Assembly (NCBI GenBank): GCA_963717505.1
Contig: OY970342.1
Location: forward strand, 1,088,001 to 1,152,000
Length of the DNA: 64,000 nt
Source: Candidatus Eiseniibacteriota bacterium
Lineage (GTDB): Bacteria; Eisenbacteria; RBG-16-71-46
Reading direction: 5' to 3'
A program made the translations under genes and the position numbers. This document shows, piece by piece, positions 59,497 through 64,000 of the stretch (positions within the stretch are counted from its first letter, which is position 1; each line of letters starts with the position of its first letter). The notes below the pieces were generated by a model, which was not told where the DNA came from, did no database searches, and was given only the letters and a program-made list of their open reading frames with translations.

Positions 59497-60717
59497 ATGT
59501 CTAATCCCCGTTCACGACCGTCCGCCCGCTCCATATCCCGCCGTTCGCGGCGCGCCTGGGCCGTGGCCTGCGCGTTGGCCGCGCTCGCGGTTCATCCGGG
59601 CCGACCCGAGGCGGCGGACAACCTCCTTCGAAATCCGGGCTTCGAAGCCGAACTCGAAGGGCACGCCTGGATGCCGGCCGCCTGGGACACGTCCGACACC
59701 GGGCTGCCCACCGCTTTCTTCGGCCGCGACACGCTGATCGCGCGCGAGGGCCGCTATTCGGTGAACGTCGCCAACGTCAGCACGTACATCCCGATGGCGT
59801 TCAACTGGAGCCAGCGGGTGTTGGTCAAACCCGAGCATTGGAACCGCGACGCGGTGTTCTCGGTCTGGACCCGCAGCAACGGCGTCGAGGGTCGCGCCTA
59901 CGTCCTGCTCCAGGCCTACCGCGACACGATCTCGCGCATGGCCGCCGAATGGAACGTGTCTCGCGACGAAGCGATGGATCGGCTCCGGATGACGCGGGTC
60001 GACGATCCGATCACCGACTACGGCTGGCGCCGGCAATTCTTCTCGGACAACACCACCGACTGGGTTCGGCGTGAGGTGCGGGTCTTTCTGCACCCCGGCA
60101 CCAATGTGTTATTCGTACGTTGCGGTCTGTTCGGCACCGGGCAGGTGATTCTCGACGACGCTCAACTGGCCGTTGCGCCGGCCGAGCCTCCGCGTGAGCT
60201 GAAGGTCGGCGTCAACCTGCTCGCCGATCCCGGGTTCGAGGGAGACGGCAACGATTGGGAGTATTCGATGCCGCCCTATCGCGGCCTGCGCGTCGAGGCC
60301 GACACGTCCCTGGCGCGCACCGGACGCGCATCGCTGCTGATCAGCGGCACCTCGGGAATGATGCCGGCGCGCTCTGGGGTCGGCCAGGTGATCGGCGACC
60401 GTTCGATCGCCGGCAAGCGCATTCGCGTCTCGGCGTGGGGCCGTCCCGACAGTCTCAAGACCAACGCCTCGATCAAGATCTTCTTCAATACACCGCGCGG
60501 CGTGGAAGCCGCATTGATCGGGCCACCGCTTCACGAGACCAGCCCCTGGTCGCAGCTCAAGGACGATCTCGACGTCCCCGCCGACGCGTTGGCGGTCTGG
60601 GTGTGGTTCTCGATCGACACGCCGACCGAGGGCCGCATTCATTGGGACGACACCTCGGTCCAGGTGCTTGGCCCCGCCGCAAGCACCTCTCCGACCGGAA
60701 GTTCCGGATCACGCTGA
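59497..60717 (+). CDS. Exported protein with two carbohydrate-binding-module-like repeats
   Basis: Signal peptide; repeated NLLRNPGFE/NLLADPGFE starts and G...(L/W)DD ends. Confidence 0.68.
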   Translation: MSNPRSRPSARSISRRSRRAWAVACALAALAVHPGRPEAADNLLRNPGFEAELEGHAWMPAAWDTSDTGLPTAFFGRDTLIAREGRYSVNVANVSTYIPMAFNWSQRVLVKPEHWNRDAVFSVWTRSNGVEGRAYVLLQAYRDTISRMAAEWNVSRDEAMDRLRMTRVDDPITDYGWRRQFFSDNTTDWVRREVRVFLHPGTNVLFVRCGLFGTGQVILDDAQLAVAPAEPPRELKVGVNLLADPGFEGDGNDWEYSMPPYRGLRVEADTSLARTGRASLLISGTSGMMPARSGVGQVIGDRSIAGKRIRVSAWGRPDSLKTNASIKIFFNTPRGVEAALIGPPLHETSPWSQLKDDLDVPADALAVWVWFSIDTPTEGRIHWDDTSVQVLGPAASTSPTGSSGSR

Positions 60718-60745
60718 CTCACCGATCTGGTCGCGGACAATCGTC

Positions 60746-60774
60746 TTGACTTCAGTGAATGCCGGGACCAGACT
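60746..60774 (+). promoter_or_regulatory. sigma70-type promoter with no downstream protein gene
   Basis: TTGACT-N17-CAGACT. Confidence 0.55.
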
Positions 60775-60779
60775 ATGCG

Positions 60780-60932
60780 CTGCAGCTGGGCAGAAAGAAC
60801 TCCTTGGCAGGGAGCTTTCGATCCGGACCCGAGGCGGCGCTTCGCTGCGCGCTCCTGCTGGCTCCGGGGACTGCGGCGATCTCGAGCGAGGTAAGCCGGC
60901 CCCGAAGTGGCTTCACGGGAACGGAGCTGCAG
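60780..60932 (+). ncRNA. Candidate structured small RNA between convergent genes
   Basis: Closing stem CTGCAGCT/AGCTGCAG starting at the predicted TSS, internal stems, A-rich 5' loop. Confidence 0.45.
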
Positions 60933-61049
60933 GACACGTGGATCACCCGCCCGCGGTGGTGCCCTCACGCGTGACCAAGGGACGGACCCCTCCCTCCCTT
61001 AGAAGACGAATCACGAGCCGCGCCCCAGGCTGCTCGTGCATGCTCAGCT

Positions 61050-61961
61050 TCAGCCGCGCGGCCGATGGCCCGCCAACTCCAACGCCAGCTCGCACGTCCT
61101 GACGTGGATCGCGATCGTGTCGTCGCGATCTCGTGCGTAGCCCCCGCCGAGCGTCACTGCGACCGGAATGCCGCGTTGCGTGCACCCCGCGAGCACCTGG
61201 CGATCCCGCGCCTCGAGGCCCTCGCGGGTCAGCGCCAGCCCGCCGAGCAGATCCTCGCGATACGGGTCGGCGCCCGCCTGGTAGAGCACGATTTCCGGTG
61301 CGAATCTCCAGACGTGTTCGAGTGCGTCCGACAGCCGCTCGAGGTATTCCTCGTCGCTGGTGCCGTCGGCGAGCCCGACGTCGAGGTTGCTTCGCTCCTT
61401 GGGGACTGGATAATTCGTCTCCTGATGCATCGAGAACGTGAACACCCGCCCATCTGTCGCGAAGATCGCCGCGGTGCCGTTGCCCTGGTGCACGTCACAG
61501 TCCACGACCGCGGCGCGCTCAACGACCCGGTCGCGCTGCAGCACACGAATGGCGACCGCCAGGTCGTTCAGGTAGCAGAACCCCTCGGCATGGTCGGCGT
61601 ACGCGTGGTGAAAGCCGCCCCCGAGGTGCACCCCGACCCCGGTTGCGCACGCGCCGCGGGCGGCCAGCGTCGTGCCTCCGGCGGCGAGCAGGTACGCGCG
61701 CACGATGGCGTGGTCGAGCGGCAGCTCCGACATCTGCGTGCGGCGCGTCCAGCGCAGCGCCGCGAGGTCGTCGAGGAATTCCGGGGTGTGGGCGAGCAGG
61801 AGATCCTCGCGCGACGCCGGCTGCGGCTCGACCACGCTGGCCTCGGTGACCCAGCCCGAGGCGACCAGGGCGTCTCGCACGCGACGGAACTTCTCCACCG
61901 GGAAGACATGGGGGCCGATGTCGCATTCGTAGCCCGGGCTGTAGACAACGGTCGCCGCCAT
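61050..61961 (-). CDS. Histone deacetylase family (zinc-dependent deacylase)
   Basis: GGGFHHA, GFCYLND, DCDVHQGNGT, AGAD, GGGY. Confidence 0.92.
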   Translation of the reverse strand: MAATVVYSPGYECDIGPHVFPVEKFRRVRDALVASGWVTEASVVEPQPASREDLLLAHTPEFLDDLAALRWTRRTQMSELPLDHAIVRAYLLAAGGTTLAARGACATGVGVHLGGGFHHAYADHAEGFCYLNDLAVAIRVLQRDRVVERAAVVDCDVHQGNGTAAIFATDGRVFTFSMHQETNYPVPKERSNLDVGLADGTSDEEYLERLSDALEHVWRFAPEIVLYQAGADPYREDLLGGLALTREGLEARDRQVLAGCTQRGIPVAVTLGGGYARDRDDTIAIHVRTCELALELAGHRPRG

Positions 61962-61987
61962 GAGAGACGAGAGCGTGCCACCTTACC

Positions 61988-63283
61988 GTGGGCGCCCGCA
62001 AAGCGCCTACCGGCTCTTGGAGCGCCGAGGTGACGGTGGGCGCGGCGTTCGCTCGGCTCCAGCGCGCGCTGCTCGGCCGCCTCGCATCGAGAATCGAGCC
62101 CCGCCTGCGCGTGGAACTGCTACTGCTCCTGCTCCTGACCTGGGGGTTCACGTTCTGGCGCGCGCGTATTCCGTTTCATTCGCTGGCGCACGCCGGAGGC
62201 TGGAGTTCGGCGGCGTGGGCGCTGGCGGGGTCACTCGCGTTCCTGGCGATGGTCGGCGGCGCCGCCGTGGCGTTCCATCACGACCGCCAGCTGCGCGTGC
62301 GCCCGAGCGGTCCCGCGTGGCTCGCTCTGCCGCTGCCGGCCGATGCGATTCTCGATCACGCGGCGTGGCGGGCGCGGCTGCGCGGAGCCTGGGCGGCCGC
62401 GATCGCGCCCGGAGTGTTGGCGGCGGCGTTCGGCCTGGTGCCGTGGTGGGCGATCCTGGCGCTCACCGCGGCGTTCGCAGCGACGCTGGTCGGGGCGTGT
62501 CGGCTCGCGACGCAATGGATTCAACACCGCGCGCGGGCTCGGGCCGCGCGCCCACTTCCTTCCGATCCGAACGGCGCAGGACCTTTGTCGGCGATCGACC
62601 CGGCGTGGCGGCTGTTGACCACGGTGACGCGCCCGCGGGTCACGACGCGCTTCGCGCCACCCGCCTGGCGGCGACGACCGGCTGCGCTGGCACTCGGCGC
62701 CAAGGATCTGCGACTGACGCGCCGGCCAACGCCGGCGCGCGCGCGCATGTTCCTGCCGCTGCTCCTGGCGTTCCTGTCGGCTGCGATCTGGGGGATCGCC
62801 GGCACACAATCCGAGATTCCCTCCGAGCTGATTCGATTCGTGGCATTCGGATTGGCGCTCACGGCGGCCGCCGCTGCGGCCGAGTGGTTGATCGCGCTGG
62901 CGTCGAGCGATCCCCCGGCGATCCTGCGCGTCCTCCCGCTCGGTGCCGGCGATGTCTGGCTCGGTCGCGTCGTGTTGCTGGCGACCTTCGTCGCACTGCT
63001 GGTCGCCGCGCAGGCGATTGCGGCGCGACCCCTCGCGGGCCCGGCGCTCCAGATGCACCTGGTGTGGCTCGGCGCCGCGGCACTCGCGGTCGGGCTACTC
63101 GGGATCCACTACAGCCTGACGCTGCCCGCGACCGTCGCGGCGCGCGTGCTGGTGCTGACACTTTCGATCGCGATCGCGGCGAGCATCATGATTCCGCTGG
63201 TCGGCTGGATCCTCCTGCTCACCGCGGTGATTCACTCGGCGCGCCGGGTGCCCCGCTGGTCGCGAATCGAGGAAGCGCCGTGA
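61988..63283 (+). CDS. Putative ABC transporter permease
   Basis: Many TM helices, KDLRL..R motif, GTGA overlap with the downstream ATPase; start uncertain. Confidence 0.68.
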   Translation: MGARKAPTGSWSAEVTVGAAFARLQRALLGRLASRIEPRLRVELLLLLLLTWGFTFWRARIPFHSLAHAGGWSSAAWALAGSLAFLAMVGGAAVAFHHDRQLRVRPSGPAWLALPLPADAILDHAAWRARLRGAWAAAIAPGVLAAAFGLVPWWAILALTAAFAATLVGACRLATQWIQHRARARAARPLPSDPNGAGPLSAIDPAWRLLTTVTRPRVTTRFAPPAWRRRPAALALGAKDLRLTRRPTPARARMFLPLLLAFLSAAIWGIAGTQSEIPSELIRFVAFGLALTAAAAAAEWLIALASSDPPAILRVLPLGAGDVWLGRVVLLATFVALLVAAQAIAARPLAGPALQMHLVWLGAAALAVGLLGIHYSLTLPATVAARVLVLTLSIAIAASIMIPLVGWILLLTAVIHSARRVPRWSRIEEAP

Positions 63284-64000
63284 CCGCCGCCGAGCACGAC
63301 GCGCCCACGGTCGAACGTCTCGACGTCGCCGGCGTCACCCGCCGCTACGGGACGCGTGTGGCCCTCGATCAGGTGACGCTGTCGGTTCGCGGCGGCGAGA
63401 TCGTCGGTCTCCTGGGCGCCAACGGGGCCGGCAAGAGCACGCTCCTGCGGATCGCCTGCGGTCTGCTGCTCCCCGACGCGGGTGAAATCCGGATCGCAGG
63501 CGCCACTCTGTGGCCCGACCCGGTCGTCGCCAAACGCCGGCTCGGTTATGCCGCCGAAGAGCCGGTGTTCTACGACGAGCTCTCCGCGCACGAGTACCTG
63601 ACGTTCGTCGCCGAGGTGCGCGCACTCGATCCGAACACAGCGCGCGAGCGGACCGCGGACCTGGCGCGGCGTCTGGGGCTCGCCGGGCGCATGGACGAAC
63701 CGGTCGGACAGTGGTCCCACGGCATGCGCAAGAAGCTGTCGCTGCTCGCGGCGGTGCTGCATCAACCCGACGTCCTGCTGTGCGATGAAGCGCTCGAGGG
63801 ATTCGACGCCGAGGCGGCCCTGGCGGCCAAAGAAGAACTGCGCGCTCGTGCGCGGGGCGGCGCGGGCGTCCTGTTCTCGAGCCACGTGACGGAAACCATC
63901 GAACGCTTGTGCGACCGGGTGGTCGTGCTGCACCGCGGGTGCGTGGCGCGCGTGCTCGATCGCGAGGACTGGGGAGGCGGGCGTGACCATGTCTCCCCGC
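63280..64000 (+). CDS. ABC transporter ATP-binding protein (runs off the window end)
   Basis: Own translation: GANGAGKST, WSHGMRKK, LLCDE, SSH; no stop before 64000. Confidence 0.88.
   Translation, partial: MTAAEHDAPTVERLDVAGVTRRYGTRVALDQVTLSVRGGEIVGLLGANGAGKSTLLRIACGLLLPDAGEIRIAGATLWPDPVVAKRRLGYAAEEPVFYDELSAHEYLTFVAEVRALDPNTARERTADLARRLGLAGRMDEPVGQWSHGMRKKLSLLAAVLHQPDVLLCDEALEGFDAEAALAAKEELRARARGGAGVLFSSHVTETIERLCDRVVVLHRGCVARVLDREDWGGGRDHVSP

Noticed and set aside
60775-60894. 39-codon ORF inside the candidate sRNA
   Set aside because: ATG directly abuts the -10 box, upstream of the likely TSS; no RBS and atypical composition

Overview
This is a high-GC bacterial chromosomal segment of about 57 mostly housekeeping or envelope genes. 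The lipoproteins, outer-membrane beta-barrels and a long Gre factor fit an understudied diderm lineage, but the taxon cannot be fixed from the sequence alone. Recognisable genes include two amidohydrolases, pabB/pabC, a GNAT plus BoxB/PaaA-like di-iron pair, glgP, a bshB1-like deacetylase, a pbpG-like peptidase, lon, rlmD, pepA, nadE, a PduO-type adenosyltransferase, rho, efp, twin zinc metalloproteases and groES/groEL. No prophage, transposase, CRISPR array, rRNA or tRNA was seen. Four conserved genes (pbpG-like, an aminotransferase, pepA, efp) carry single-base indels that look like assembly errors. The most interesting signals are: (i) two promoter-preceded structured intergenic RNA candidates (~35125-35390 and ~60780-60932); (ii) a long, switch-like structured leader upstream of a B3/4 tRNA-editing-like gene; (iii) two AAA+ proteins (a Lon and an NtrC-type regulator) whose Walker B reads DG instead of DE and whose substrate or sigma54 loops are lost; (iv) a Rho whose RNA-binding domain is replaced by an Arg/Gly/Pro-rich tail; and (v) an orphan BoxB-like epoxidase coupled to a GNAT.
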